Shown here in pieces: positions 8,803 to 22,408 of a DNA stretch of 64,000 nt. The first letter of the stretch is position 1. Every line of letters starts with the position of its first letter. This DNA is from an uncultured candidatus Porisulfidus sp. (GTDB taxonomy: Bacteria; Pseudomonadota; Gammaproteobacteria; Poriferisulfidales; Oxydemutatoraceae), in NCBI GenBank assembly GCA_965215125.1, contig OZ244052.1, positions 1,056,001 to 1,120,000 of the forward strand, given 5' to 3'. The notes beneath the pieces were generated by a model that saw nothing but the letters and a program-made list of their open reading frames with translations, was not told the origin of the DNA and made no database searches. The position numbers were made by a program, and so were the translations under genes.

Positions 8803-8823
8803 CTGTAGCGGCGTAGGGTTGGC

Positions 8824-10218
<1,395 letters not shown>

Positions 10219-10229
10219 CTATCTATAGG

Positions 10230-11090
10230 TTAAATTGCAGCAGCACCTCCGACAATCTCGGAAAGCTCCTGTGTAATCGCTGCCTGACGCGCTTTGTTAT
10301 AAGCGAGTTGCAGCTCGTCAATCAGTGAACCGGCGTTCTCCGATGCGCTCTTCATCGCAACCATGCGCGCCGCCATCTCGCAGGCGACATTTTCCACGAC
10401 CGCCTGATAAACTTGTGATTCGATATAACGCTTGAGCACAAAATCAAGCACGCCGTGCGAATCCGGTTCATAAATATAATCCCAATAATGCTTCATGCTC
10501 TCGTCCTCTATCGGCGGCACCGGCAACAGCTGCAGGGCTTGCGGCTTTTGGGTCATTGTATTTATGAAACGGTTCTCTATTAAAAACACCCGGTCTATTT
10601 CCTCCTGCTCGTATGCGTCGAATATCACCTTCATCGTGCCTAGTAATTGAGTGAGTTGCGGAGAGTCGCCCAGATGAGAGGTTTTGGAAATAATCTTTGT
10701 ATAGCGTCTGAAAAAGCCTGCGCCTTTACTACCGATCGTCGTCACTTTAATATCAACACCTTTATCTTTCCATTCGCGCATCGATGCGAGTGCAGCCTTG
10801 AACAGATTGACATTGAGACCGCCGCAGAGTCCGCGGTCAGTAGAGACGATGATATAGCCGACATTTTTCACCTCTTCCCGCTTTGTCAAAAAGGGGTGCT
10901 GGTATTCAAAATGCGCTTGTGCAATATGCCCGAGTAAGGCGCGCATGCGATCGGCATAAGGACGGCTGGCAGCCATTTTATCTTGGGCACGACGCATTTT
11001 ACTGGCGGCGACCATTTCCATCGCCTTAGTAATTTTTTGCGTGTTTTTAACGCTCGTTATTTTGGTTCTTATTTCCTTGCCGACTGCCAT
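10230..11090 (-). CDS. atpG: ATP synthase F1 gamma
   Basis: [29 protein letters not shown]. Confidence 0.99.
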   Translation of the reverse strand: MAVGKEIRTKITSVKNTQKITKAMEMVAASKMRRAQDKMAASRPYADRMRALLGHIAQAHFEYQHPFLTKREEVKNVGYIIVSTDRGLCGGLNVNLFKAALASMREWKDKGVDIKVTTIGSKGAGFFRRYTKIISKTSHLGDSPQLTQLLGTMKVIFDAYEQEEIDRVFLIENRFINTMTQKPQALQLLPVPPIEDESMKHYWDYIYEPDSHGVLDFVLKRYIESQVYQAVVENVACEMAARMVAMKSASENAGSLIDELQLAYNKARQAAITQELSEIVGGAAAI

Positions 11091-11118
11091 ATTCTTTGCC
11101 TAAACAATTGCTCGGTTG

Positions 11119-12657
11119 TTACCACGAACCGTTTGCTTTGAAGTCTTCAACCGCTTTTTTCAATACGCCTTCTATGTCTTCGTTGAAATCGCCTTGGTTC
11201 ATCTGCGTCATCAAGTCGGCATGCTCGGCGCGCATATGCGAGTGTATCGCCGCTTCGAATGCACGGGTTTTCTTAACCTCTATATCGTCCAGATAACCGC
11301 GATCGGCAACGAATAGCGAGACTGCCATCTCGGCAACCGACAACGGCGAGTATTGATTTTGCTTCATCAATTCCATCACCCGTTCGCCGCGCTCGAGCTG
11401 TTTTCTGGTCTGTTCGTCCAAGTCCGATGCAAACTGTGAGAAGGCAGCGAGTTCTCGGTATTGTGCAAGCGACAGACGCACACCGCCGCCTAGCTTTTTG
11501 ATAATCTTGGTTTGCGCAGAACCCCCGACCCTAGACACCGATAGCCCGGCGTTCATTGCCGGTCTAAAGCCGGCATTGAACAAATCGGTCTCAAGAAAGA
11601 TTTGCCCGTCGGTGATCGAAATCACATTCGTCGGCACAAATGCCGAGACATCGCCGGCTTGCGTTTCAATAATCGGTAGTGCGGTCAAAGAACCGGTCTT
11701 GCCCTTAACCGCACCTTGGGTTTTCTGTTCGACATAATCGGGGTTCACCCGTGCGGCGCGCTCCAGCAGGCGCGAGTGCAGATAAAAGACATCGCCCGGA
11801 TAGGCTTCTCGCCCCGGCGGGCGGCGTAGCAACAGGGAGATCTGACGATACGCCCACGCCTGTTTGGTGAGGTCGTCGTAAATAATCAGTGCATCTTCGC
11901 CGCGGTCGCGATAATACTCGCCCATCGCACAGCCCGAAAAAGGTGCCAAGAATTGCATCGCTGCCGGGTCCGAAGCACTGGCGGCGACGACAATCGTATG
12001 TTCCATCGCACCGTGTTCCTCGAGCTTGCGCACCACGGCGGCAATCGACGATTGCTTCTGCCCGACGGCAACATAGATACACTTCAGATCACCGCCCTTT
12101 TGGTTGATGATGGTGTCGACCGCAACCGCAGTTTTGCCGACTTGGCGGTCGCCGATAATCAATTCGCGTTGCCCGCGTCCGATCGGCACCATAGAGTCGA
12201 TGGCCTTCAGACCGGTTTGTACCGGTTGCGAAACCGACTGTCGGGTGATGACACCCGGAGCCACTTGTTCAATGGGTGCAGTCTGTTCGGTTGCAATCTC
12301 GCCCTTGCCGTCTATGGGCTGACCGAGTGCATTAACGACGCGTCCTTCCATAGCAGGACCCACCGGCACTTCCAAAATGCGACCGGTGCATGTGCATATC
12401 TGTCCTTCACTAACACCCAAATAGTCGCCCAGCACAACTGCGCCGACCGAGTCGCGCTCTAGGTTCAACGCCATTCCGAAGATCCCGCCTTCAAACTGGA
12501 TCATCTCTCCGTACATTACGTCTTGCAATCCGTGGATGCGCACGATGCCGTCGGTTACACTAACGACTACGCCTTCGTTGCGAATCTCCGGCGACGTGCT
12601 GAATTCTTCTATTTTCTCTTTGATTAAACTACTAATCTCTGTTGGGTTTAGTTGCAT
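11119..12657 (-). CDS. atpA: ATP synthase F1 alpha
   Basis: [32 protein letters not shown]. Confidence 0.99.
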   Translation of the reverse strand: MQLNPTEISSLIKEKIEEFSTSPEIRNEGVVVSVTDGIVRIHGLQDVMYGEMIQFEGGIFGMALNLERDSVGAVVLGDYLGVSEGQICTCTGRILEVPVGPAMEGRVVNALGQPIDGKGEIATEQTAPIEQVAPGVITRQSVSQPVQTGLKAIDSMVPIGRGQRELIIGDRQVGKTAVAVDTIINQKGGDLKCIYVAVGQKQSSIAAVVRKLEEHGAMEHTIVVAASASDPAAMQFLAPFSGCAMGEYYRDRGEDALIIYDDLTKQAWAYRQISLLLRRPPGREAYPGDVFYLHSRLLERAARVNPDYVEQKTQGAVKGKTGSLTALPIIETQAGDVSAFVPTNVISITDGQIFLETDLFNAGFRPAMNAGLSVSRVGGSAQTKIIKKLGGGVRLSLAQYRELAAFSQFASDLDEQTRKQLERGERVMELMKQNQYSPLSVAEMAVSLFVADRGYLDDIEVKKTRAFEAAIHSHMRAEHADLMTQMNQGDFNEDIEGVLKKAVEDFKANGSW

Positions 12658-12732
12658 TTCAAAATCCTCTGTTATTAAATATCGGTTAAACGAAGTGGTT
12701 CTCTATTCGGGGTGTGGTTTGTCCTAAAGCGA

Positions 12733-13266
12733 TTATGCGTTGAGTGTGTCGGATAGTTTTTGCAGACGGGATTTAAGCGAGCCGTCTATCGATAGACGAC
12801 CGGCGTGGATCACCGCACCTGCCAAAAGACTTTTATCCAAACTACAATTCAGCACTACTTTTGCGTTCAATCGGCGGCTCAATGTCTCGGTTAGCGATTT
12901 CTGCTGTGCCTCGTCCAACGGCATTGCCGAGACAACCTGCGCCTCGATACGCTGCTCGCTTCGCGCACGATATTCCTCGAACAACGCGGTGATGTGCGGG
13001 ATTAACATCAGCCGATGGTTCTCGGCAAGCAGTGATACGAAATTCTGCACTCGGGCATCCAAGCCGTCTATCTTTGTGATTACAAACCGAGCGACATTGT
13101 GCGCAGGGAACAATGGATTGCCGGCAATGCGCCGCACGGCATCGTCGGCAAGACACCTCTTTATTGCCGCAAGTGCCTTAGACCAAACTGCAACATTATC
13201 GTGCGCACACGCCACCTCAAAGGCAGCTTTGGCATAGGGTCGGGCAATGGTGGTCGGTTCGGACAT
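12733..13266 (-). CDS. atpH: ATP synthase F1 delta
   Basis: TIARPYAKAAF N-terminus, IDGSLKSRL C-terminus. Confidence 0.96.
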   Translation of the reverse strand: MSEPTTIARPYAKAAFEVACAHDNVAVWSKALAAIKRCLADDAVRRIAGNPLFPAHNVARFVITKIDGLDARVQNFVSLLAENHRLMLIPHITALFEEYRARSEQRIEAQVVSAMPLDEAQQKSLTETLSRRLNAKVVLNCSLDKSLLAGAVIHAGRLSIDGSLKSRLQKLSDTLNA

Positions 13267-13271
13267 GAGTC

Positions 13272-13751
13272 TTATTCGCTTTGCATTTTGGTTTCAATCG
13301 CTTTGAGTGCCTCGTTGTGCGCGGCTGCATCAACCTCTCTGCCGAGTACCTGTGCGGCACCCAGCAATGCAAGATGAGCGACTTCTTGGCGTAGCTGTTC
13401 GCGGGCTTCCTGGGTGCGCCGAGCGACATCGCTTTCTGCAGAACGCCTTATATTGTCGGCTTCCTCGCGCGCTTTCACTTTGGCTTCCTCTTTAATCTCG
13501 GTTGCTCGCTTCTCGGCTTGTGCGATAATCTCACCGGCACGCGTCCGGCTTTGTGCGAGTTCTTCTTCCACTGTCTCTTGTGCTTGTTGAAGGTCCTGCT
13601 TGCCTTGTTCCGCTGCCGCCAGCCCTTTGGCAATCCGCTTTCGCCTTGCCTCCAGTGCGTCTATCATCGGTTTCCACAACAGGCGGCTCACCATCCATAT
13701 CAGGATCAGGAACGCCAAAACCTGAGCCAGCAGTGTTATATTGATATTCAC
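13272..13751 (-). CDS. atpF: ATP synthase F0 b
   Basis: N-terminal TM followed by a coiled coil; operon position. Confidence 0.95.
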   Translation of the reverse strand: MNINITLLAQVLAFLILIWMVSRLLWKPMIDALEARRKRIAKGLAAAEQGKQDLQQAQETVEEELAQSRTRAGEIIAQAEKRATEIKEEAKVKAREEADNIRRSAESDVARRTQEAREQLRQEVAHLALLGAAQVLGREVDAAAHNEALKAIETKMQSE

Positions 13752-13792
13752 TTCAAAATCCTCGCGTGCAATACCCTAGGTGCGACACTCGC

Positions 13793-14071
13793 TCAGAGTG
13801 CCGCTTGTAGCGCACCGACAAATGGATTGGCAAACAAAAACCACATCGCAAATGCCAAGATAATAAACGGAAAAGATTCCATCAGTCCGGCAAAGATGAA
13901 CATATTGGTCATCAGTTGCGGACGCAATTCCGGTTGTCTGGCAATGCCTTCCAAGGTCTTTGCGCATATCAACCCCCAGCCTATCGCCGAACCTAAACCA
14001 GCAGCCGCTAGTATTACGCCGACGCCGACGGCGGTGTATGCATATATCATTGCAATCATATCAGGTGTCAT
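13793..14071 (-). CDS. atpE: ATP synthase F0 c
   Basis: ARQPE loop and conserved acidic residue in GLMESFP. Confidence 0.96.
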   Translation of the reverse strand: MTPDMIAMIYAYTAVGVGVILAAAGLGSAIGWGLICAKTLEGIARQPELRPQLMTNMFIFAGLMESFPFIILAFAMWFLFANPFVGALQAAL

Positions 14072-14215
14072 ATTATTTCTCCCAATTTCTCCAAGTTAAT
14101 CAATCTAATCATCCGTTAAGACGGTTGCGCTTCGGTGAGAACACAGTGCCGCTATTCGGCACACAGAGTCTCTCGAAAAAATTCTCGCTTCGCATATCCG
14201 GTACTCTATCAATGT

Positions 14216-15438
<1,223 letters not shown>

Positions 15439-15475
15439 TTTATATCTGTTTGGATTTAGACTGATTGATACTTAA

Positions 15476-15685
15476 TTAACTAGCTAATAATTTACAGACC
15501 CGAATTGCTGCGCCGACAAAACCAAGCCCTGCGAATAATAACATAAAAACAGGTCTGGTATCAAGCCAAGCATCAACCCAATACCCCAGTAAAAAGCCAC
15601 TGAGCACCATAGAACTGAGTATCGTGCCTACTCCCAATAGGATAATACGCGGGGATTTTTTAGGAACTTGTGCGGGTTCTGACAT
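15476..15685 (-). CDS. AtpZ/AtpI-family small membrane protein
   Basis: GFLLGYWVDAWLDTRPVFML motif; first gene of the atp operon; start taken at MSEPAQ. Confidence 0.8.
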   Translation of the reverse strand: MSEPAQVPKKSPRIILLGVGTILSSMVLSGFLLGYWVDAWLDTRPVFMLLFAGLGFVGAAIRVCKLLAS

Positions 15686-15822
15686 AACACAGCTTATTTT
15701 AGCGTATGCAAGGTATATCCGATGATAATGTTGGAGGTTCTGAAAAAATTTATAAGTGAATACCCTCTTTGAATGAACCAAAATTTTGTGTAATAATATA
15801 ATTTTTAATTTTGAGGAACAAA

Positions 15823-16032
15823 ATGTCCGATATCGCTCTATATAATGTGCTAACAAAATTAGGGGCTAACCACGAGGAAGCCGAGAAAGCTGTTGCCGAT
15901 GTTGTGAGTTCAAAAGATGTAGCAACTAAAGCAGACCTAGAGAGAATGGGTAGACATATCATTATGTGGACATGTGGTTTTATAGTCGGTTATTCTTTGG
16001 TATTGATAGGATTAGCGGCGTTAATTTTGTAA
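15823..16032 (+). CDS. Small coiled-coil protein with VATKAD motif and C-terminal TM (DUF1640-like)
   Basis: Paralog of 31676..31912 (IALYN.LTKLG.NHEEA..AVADV.S.KDVATK.D); GAGG RBS. Confidence 0.7.
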   Translation: MSDIALYNVLTKLGANHEEAEKAVADVVSSKDVATKADLERMGRHIIMWTCGFIVGYSLVLIGLAALIL

Positions 16033-16065
16033 GAAAATTTTTCGCCATTTTATTGCCGATGACGA

Positions 16066-16292
16066 GGGGTTGCTGAAAAAATACCGTCATTGCATAAACT
16101 CAACCGCTTGCACAAATCCAATCGCTTTGCACCACCCGATGATGGTTTCCATATTTGAAACCACCCAGTCAGGCTGAATAGAACCGCCGATTGAACTTGT
16201 AGGTCAATCGGCGTGACTTTGTTCAGAACCTCAACATGACTGCTAAACGCATGCATTGCAAAATGCATAGGCCACCCCGCCAAAGGAGGGGG
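16066..16292. repeat. Degenerate copy of the modular REP/MITE repeat
   Basis: TIR remnant GGGGTTGCTGAAAAA, hairpin TAGAACCGCCGATTGA..TCAATCGGCG, CCACCCC..GGAGGGG module. Confidence 0.65.
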
Positions 16293-16378
16293 ACGATCTG
16301 CAGTTTTATATGTACGTCTGTGGGAATATAATAGGCTTTTGATCCCCCCGTATTTATTTGGTGCAATCATAGTTGAGG

Positions 16379-19291
16379 ATGTCGGTAAAAATTTTAGTGA
16401 TAATGCTTTTAACGACAGGCACGCAGTCTGTCATTGCCCAACAACAAGAACCGGACGACCCGCTATATCCTCAGCAGTGGCATCTGAACAATACCGGGCA
16501 AAGCGGGGGTATTGCCGGCGAGGATATCAATGTAGAACCGGTTTGGAATACAACACTTACGAGTGGGGTAAAAGTAAGAGGACAAGGTACATATATCTCC
16601 ATAGTAGACGGAGATTTGCAGCTTGACCACCCGGATCTAAGAGAAAATGTATCCACCACCCGCACACACGATTACTATCCGAGTACTACCGATACTAGTT
16701 CTCATGCCACCAGTGTCGCCGGCATTGCCGCAGCACGCGGTTTTAACGGCATAGGTGTTCGAAGTGTGGCACCTTGGGCGAGAATGTATAGTTTGAATCT
16801 TTTAGCAGATGTACGACAAAGACCGGGCGGAGGCTCTTTTTCTTTTATAACAAACGACGACCTCGTGGATGCTATGCAGCGTAATCACATAATAACCGCA
16901 GCTTCCAATAATAGCTGGGGTCCTGAGAGTCCTTTTGCATCGGTATCAGGCTCGTGGGCGATGGCAATAAACACCGGGCTTGCAAACGGATTTTACGGCA
17001 AGGGAACCGTTTATGTATGGGCTGCCGGAAACAATCACTGTCCCGTGGTAGCGATAGATGCAATGACCAGAAGGAGAGTTTGTGGTGGAGATAACGCAAA
17101 TTACGACAATTATGCAAACTATCATGCCATTGTTACCGTTTGTGCGGTGGATCATAGAGGGGAACACAACGGTAGTTCGGAGTTCGGGGCTAATTTATGG
17201 GTTTGTGCGCCGTCAAGGAGGAGTAGTGGTGGCGCCGGGATTTTTACGACCACTATACGCGGTAATTATACGACCGGATTTAGCGGAACTTCTGCGTCGA
17301 CACCGATGGTCAGTGGTGTGGTGGCATTGATGCGGCAAGCCAATCCGAGTCTTAGTTGGCGCGATGTGAAACTCATTCTGGCTAATTCCGCAAGGCAGAA
17401 CGATCCCGGAGACAGCGACTGGGCGCAAGGTGCCATAAAACATGGTTCGTTCAACGATGGCTCCGGGGAGCGATACCATTTTAACCACAAATATGGATTC
17501 GGTGTCGTCAATGCCGACAAGGCGGTTGAAATGGCGCGCAGTTGGATTAATGTTCCCGTTAGAATGACAAGGACGGTGACAAACAACAGCCCTTTGGTTG
17601 ATAACACGATTAGTAGAAATATATCGGTGCAATCCGATATTAACTTTACGGAATATGTTGATGCTAGGATTCGATTAAGAACATCCAGATATTCCGATTT
17701 AAGTGTTAAGTTAATATCACCGTCGGGTGCGATCTCTGAACTTGCAATACCGGCTGCTTCGGATTTTATCAGCAACTTTTTTAGCAGTGCTTCGTTTAGA
17801 CCGTGGCGTTTCGGTTCTGCCAAGCATTTGGGCGAAGATCCGTCGGGCGTATGGAGATTAGAGGTTGATAATATTAGAGCAACCGAAGATATCGTATTAT
17901 TCTCGTCGGAGCTTAGAATACGCGGCTATCAAATAAAAATGGATGCCGTTCCCGTTGCAGAGTTATCAAACACAAACCTAACCGAAACCCCGCTGATTTT
18001 ATCTTTAATCGGTGCAAAGTGGAGAGAAGATTTGCAGCCTAGCGATTTTAACTTGAAAAATCTGCGGCCTAGCGATCCGCAATTCAGAAATGTGCCGGCA
18101 GGATTGCGCATTGCGAGTGTAGTCCGTACTTCCGATACGCAAGTCCGGCTAAATCTTGCCTTGACGGGAAATCTTTTAGAAAACTATCTCTTCCAAGTTG
18201 AAGCGACGACAGGCACCGTCTCAAGCCTCGGCGGTCCTCTTGCCGGCAACGACATACCAATCGTATCGAATACGCGGATAACGGTGCGCAAAGGTACAGT
18301 ATTGAACGACGGTACCGTTGATCAGAATTATCGCTTCAGTTTGGATGACATCTTTGCAAGCTCGGAAACATTGACCTACACGGTAAGCGATCTACCACCC
18401 GGTCTGAAAATAAACGGTTCCATCATCGGTGGCACGCCGAGTGCTGCCGGCGATTATCGTATTGAAGTGGTTGCGACCAGAGCAGACGGGGTTAGCCGAA
18501 CGGAGTTTTTTGATTTACAAGTCCTTCTTACTTTTCAAGTACAACTGAGAGTCTTATTGGAAGGTGCGCTTGTAACTTTTATTGATGTATGCGATCGCAC
18601 CGAACAAGTGCGAAATATCATTGTTTCTAGTACCGGAAGTAGCGGCTGTGAGGCTGTTCCTCAACATCTACTCCGCTCAGTTGCCGACATAGGCCTTAGC
18701 AATAGCGGAATTAGTTCTTTAGCGACGAATGATTTCGATGATTTTACGGGTTTGGAAACATTGAACCTAAGTGCCAACAGCTTGACCGACTTGCCGGAAG
18801 ACGTTTTCAGAGACTTAACAAGTCTGAGAACATTGAACTTGAGCAACAACGATTTGACCACGCTAACAGCGGTTATTTTCAACGGCTTGCCGAGTTTGGA
18901 AACATTGAACTTAAGTGCCAACGAATTGAACGATCTGCCGGGGGATGTTTTCAGTGGCTTAACAAACTTGATAACATTGAACTTGAGTAACAACGATCTG
19001 ACCCTCTTACCGACAACTATTTTCGGTAGCTTAACAAATTTGCGTACCTTAAACTTATCAAACAATAGGTTATCTGTAAGCCTATCAGATCCTCGGCTAT
19101 CTGCCAATAACAACGAGCTATTCAATAGAACTTTCAACAGAAAAACTTTCGGCATAGGAAGATATATAACAATGCTACACTTAAGTGGAAACGGCATTGC
19201 CTCTGCAGATTGCACCACACTTCGGGACTCATTTCCTACTTTTACTCGCGCTGGTTTTATCATTTCCTCCGCCAATTTCAGTTGTTCTTAA
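16379..19291 (+). CDS. Secreted S8 kexin/furin-like protease with P-domain, Ig-like domain and C-terminal LRRs
   Basis: Signal peptide; DPLYPQQWHL; catalytic D (IVDGD), H (HATSVAG), oxyanion N (WAAGN) and S (GTSASTP); P-domain; LPPGL..GTP Ig-like motif; 24-aa L.L.LS.N.L..LP..F..L repeats. Confidence 0.88.
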   Translation: MSVKILVIMLLTTGTQSVIAQQQEPDDPLYPQQWHLNNTGQSGGIAGEDINVEPVWNTTLTSGVKVRGQGTYISIVDGDLQLDHPDLRENVSTTRTHDYYPSTTDTSSHATSVAGIAAARGFNGIGVRSVAPWARMYSLNLLADVRQRPGGGSFSFITNDDLVDAMQRNHIITAASNNSWGPESPFASVSGSWAMAINTGLANGFYGKGTVYVWAAGNNHCPVVAIDAMTRRRVCGGDNANYDNYANYHAIVTVCAVDHRGEHNGSSEFGANLWVCAPSRRSSGGAGIFTTTIRGNYTTGFSGTSASTPMVSGVVALMRQANPSLSWRDVKLILANSARQNDPGDSDWAQGAIKHGSFNDGSGERYHFNHKYGFGVVNADKAVEMARSWINVPVRMTRTVTNNSPLVDNTISRNISVQSDINFTEYVDARIRLRTSRYSDLSVKLISPSGAISELAIPAASDFISNFFSSASFRPWRFGSAKHLGEDPSGVWRLEVDNIRATEDIVLFSSELRIRGYQIKMDAVPVAELSNTNLTETPLILSLIGAKWREDLQPSDFNLKNLRPSDPQFRNVPAGLRIASVVRTSDTQVRLNLALTGNLLENYLFQVEATTGTVSSLGGPLAGNDIPIVSNTRITVRKGTVLNDGTVDQNYRFSLDDIFASSETLTYTVSDLPPGLKINGSIIGGTPSAAGDYRIEVVATRADGVSRTEFFDLQVLLTFQVQLRVLLEGALVTFIDVCDRTEQVRNIIVSSTGSSGCEAVPQHLLRSVADIGLSNSGISSLATNDFDDFTGLETLNLSANSLTDLPEDVFRDLTSLRTLNLSNNDLTTLTAVIFNGLPSLETLNLSANELNDLPGDVFSGLTNLITLNLSNNDLTLLPTTIFGSLTNLRTLNLSNNRLSVSLSDPRLSANNNELFNRTFNRKTFGIGRYITMLHLSGNGIASADCTTLRDSFPTFTRAGFIISSANFSCS

Positions 19292-19345
19292 ACCGCTTGT
19301 TAACCCGACATTCAAATGTCACCCGACGCAATGCAACCGACATGC

Positions 19346-19487
19346 GTAGGGCAGACCATTCCCCTCCTGTGGAGGGGAATAGACCACCCCATGGAAAGGC
19401 TTTACATTTTGTAATATGTACTAAGATCTGCACAATGTTACGCCGACTGACCTACTGGCTCAATCGGCGGTTCTGTTGCGCCTGCCA
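19346..19487. repeat. Modular REP repeat split by IS1380 (continues at 21297..21358)
   Basis: GTAGGGCAGACCATTCCCCTCC..GGAGGGG and CGCCGA.TGACCTACTGGCTCAATCGGCG; the right part ends in the MITE TIR GATACTTTTTCAACAGC. Confidence 0.75.
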
Positions 19488-21296
19488 CCCTAATTTCTCA
19501 ATAGAGCATGAAAATTGCATGTGATGGATAATTTACTGCTAAATTATCAGGGCAATCGCCTGAACCCGAAACTGAATGCCACATCATTGCTCGGTGACGG
19601 GAGATAAACTCCTATTGAGAGCTAAATGAAGCATCAAAGTACTCTAATCTCTAGTATTAGGGTATGCTGGGGCATGGCATCTACTTTGATTGATGCCTTA
19701 TGAGTAATGAAGAGATAAGGTGGCTAGTTAATGTAGCAAGGGGTATCGCATATCCGGCAATAGCTTGCCGATAGTCTCATCAAGGTCTGAGAAAACTCCA
19801 CTCAATAAACTACGATGCACTTCGTGTAGTTTGAGCTTCCATTGCCGACCCTGTCGTACAATCTTCGCCGCTAAACCAAACAGGCGGACCCTGAGCGTCG
19901 GGGCTCTAGAGGAACGAAACTGTTTAGCTAAGCCGGCACGCATCAGTGCGAACACATTGTAGGCTAAAGCACACACACAAACATACAGAGCATTGGCAGC
20001 AAAATCACTACACGGCAAACGACCGGCAACAAAATCCGATTTGAGTTCTTTAATGCGGTTTTCGGAATGCTCACCGCGTTGATTATACTCATGTACAATC
20101 TGTGCATCGTCTAGCCCGTTGATGTTAGTCGCAATCACACGATAGTCATACTTGTCGGGTTGATAGCGCAGCTGTTCAGACAGTCCCGACAACTCCGGTT
20201 GGTTAGACTGTCGGGCGGCTTCGCTCTTGAGGCGGCGTTGAATGACTAGCGTAAATACGAGGTTGCTGCGATACATCTGATAAGTGCAGCGAGCCACATA
20301 GTCGTGGGGTGATAAACTGCCGTCGCTTAATCGCAATGGTCGCCAGTCTGCTTCCGACAGACCAGCAATCGCTTGCGCTATTGACGGGTACATCGGCGCA
20401 CGAATAACAAACTCTATTCCTTGAGCTACTAGATATTCAATGATTGCTTGTTGATACCCTGCCGAGTCGATACGCACCCGCTTGAGTATTACGCCACTCG
20501 GCAACTGTGCTTGGCAGGTCTTGATGAAACCGATATTATCAAAGTTCGGGGAGACATTGCCGTGGCGCAACTCAACGGCGATGACTTGACCCACTTCAGC
20601 TAGCGTGCCGACCATTAGCATGAAACCACGCTCCTTAAAACGCGTCCATTTAGCACCGACTTTCTCGGTCAAAATAGTAGTCGCATCAATATCCAAAGTC
20701 ACATGCTTTACTTTCCACAACTTCAGGGTCTTGGCAATCACCGTGCGATTGAGCTGGTGAACTAAACCGGCACCGGCTTGACCATGGCGTTTCAACCACC
20801 TCGCCAAAGTGTCTGCTCCCGGTATCTTGTTAATACCTCCCAGCTTAAGCAACACCCTTTCGGTGTGTAAATGGCAGACATCCTCAAGGCATCTCGCACC
20901 CTCGTTGAGCATCAAGATGAAGCTCGTTAGAATGTCGCCATTGCGGTAGCCACGATTGCTACCCGGTGCCGCAAACACAGTGTCTGCTTGTGGCTTAAGT
21001 TGTAGTGCTTTGAGCACTTTAATCAATGCCAACAAACCACAACGAGAGGTCAATTTCTGGTGGGTGGTAGCTAGCGTATACGATGATTGATTGTGCTGAT
21101 TTTTTTGTTTTGACATAATACCTCCGAAGTTATTAATTGGTAAATAGTAACAAAAAAATAAGGCATTGTACAGAGTTTTATGTAAAAAATTAGTAATAAT
21201 TATGTTTCACCTAATGGGTGAATTGGGAATATGCATGAGAGTGTTGCAACATAAGAGATTACGGACTTTTGCAGGTGGTCTATTGCGGAATTAGGG
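19488..21296 (-). mobile_element. IS1380-family insertion sequence, intact copy
   Basis: CCCTAATT...AATTAGGG ends; TGCCA direct repeat at 19483-19487 and 21297-21301. Confidence 0.9.
19728..21116 (-). CDS. IS1380-family DDE transposase
   Basis: TLDIDAT, RIDSAGY, YNQRGEHSENRIKELK motifs. Confidence 0.9.
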   Translation of the reverse strand: MSKQKNQHNQSSYTLATTHQKLTSRCGLLALIKVLKALQLKPQADTVFAAPGSNRGYRNGDILTSFILMLNEGARCLEDVCHLHTERVLLKLGGINKIPGADTLARWLKRHGQAGAGLVHQLNRTVIAKTLKLWKVKHVTLDIDATTILTEKVGAKWTRFKERGFMLMVGTLAEVGQVIAVELRHGNVSPNFDNIGFIKTCQAQLPSGVILKRVRIDSAGYQQAIIEYLVAQGIEFVIRAPMYPSIAQAIAGLSEADWRPLRLSDGSLSPHDYVARCTYQMYRSNLVFTLVIQRRLKSEAARQSNQPELSGLSEQLRYQPDKYDYRVIATNINGLDDAQIVHEYNQRGEHSENRIKELKSDFVAGRLPCSDFAANALYVCVCALAYNVFALMRAGLAKQFRSSRAPTLRVRLFGLAAKIVRQGRQWKLKLHEVHRSLLSGVFSDLDETIGKLLPDMRYPLLH

Positions 21297-21415
21297 TGCC
21301 ACCCCTCCACAGGAGGGGAATGTACCGTCCTACAGTTCGTGGATACTTTTTCAACAGCTACCTGTGTAGGCTGTCGGTTATAATGGGCTTTTCAGTTCAA
21401 ATAGACGGAGGAAAA

Positions 21416-22345
21416 ATGAAAGTGCTTATTTCAAAGAACGGTAACAGGGCAGTGAACGGCATCGTTGCCGTGTCGTTTTTATTATTGCTATCCACGCTAA
21501 CATCTGTCAACGCATATCAGGTGGGAGAAACTTTTCGTGATTGTGCAACCTGTCCGGAGATGGTCGTGTTGCCGGCAGGCAAGTTCACGATGGGTTCGCC
21601 CGAAGGGGAAAGAGGAAGATACGATGATGAGGGACCGCAACGTCGGGTTACTATTCGCAAACCTTTTGCGGTGGGTAAATATGAAGTGACCGTAGGGCAA
21701 TATGCAGAGTTTATCAGAGAGACGAAACACAAAACCGGGAATTGTGATTTGCCGGAGGATAAATTATCTTGGCGCGATCCGGGTTTTAAGCAAACCAATA
21801 ATCATCCGGTAGTATGTGTTAATTGGGATGATGCTTCAACCTATGCGCATTGGTTATCGGTGAGGACCGGGCATAAATACAGATTATTGACCGAAGCAGA
21901 ATGGGAATATGCGGCTCGTGCCGGAACCACGACGGCGTATTATTTCGGCAGAATGATTTTGGCAAATCAGGCTCGATATAACAGTGAAGGCACCGTAGCG
22001 GTAGGGAGTTTTCCTGCAAATGCATTCGGGCTACACGACATGCACGGCAATGTATGGGAATGGGTGGAGGATTGTTGGCACGATGATTACACCGCTGCAC
22101 CGACGGATGGTGGTGCGTGGTTTAGTGGATGCAGGAGAGGCGGCGAGAATGATTGTGCCGGGCGTAGTGGGGATAACTTGAGGCTATGCGAAGAGTTATT
22201 GATCGGAAAGGAATTACGCGTGTTGCGCGGTGGCTCTTGGTTTGATTCCCCGGGGGTTCTACGCTCTGCGTCCCGCTACTTGATCAGCGCAATTATTCGG
22301 ATCAGCGACGACGGGATTCGTGTTGCCCGCGACCTTAGCCCGTAA
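21416..22345 (+). CDS. Secreted FGE-sulfatase (SUMF1-like, CLec-fold) domain protein
   Basis: FRDC..CPEMV, GKYEVT, RLLTEAEWEYAARAG, NAFGLHDMHGNVWEW, RVLRGGSW; signal peptide; GGAGG RBS. Confidence 0.92.
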   Translation: MKVLISKNGNRAVNGIVAVSFLLLLSTLTSVNAYQVGETFRDCATCPEMVVLPAGKFTMGSPEGERGRYDDEGPQRRVTIRKPFAVGKYEVTVGQYAEFIRETKHKTGNCDLPEDKLSWRDPGFKQTNNHPVVCVNWDDASTYAHWLSVRTGHKYRLLTEAEWEYAARAGTTTAYYFGRMILANQARYNSEGTVAVGSFPANAFGLHDMHGNVWEWVEDCWHDDYTAAPTDGGAWFSGCRRGGENDCAGRSGDNLRLCEELLIGKELRVLRGGSWFDSPGVLRSASRYLISAIIRISDDGIRVARDLSP

Positions 22346-22408
22346 ATCCTTAAATGGGGTTGTCAACTATTTTTTGTAACTTTGCTCTCTTCAATGTCGA
22401 CAAACTTC

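Noticed and set aside
15690-15822. AT-rich stretch upstream of the atp operon as oriC
   Set aside because: No cluster of DnaA boxes (TTATCCACA) seen; more simply a divergent promoter region.
21269-21415. Longer start for the FGE-sulfatase ORF
   Set aside because: It begins inside the IS1380 end and REP sequence; the ATG at 21416 has a GGAGG RBS and is followed by a signal peptide.
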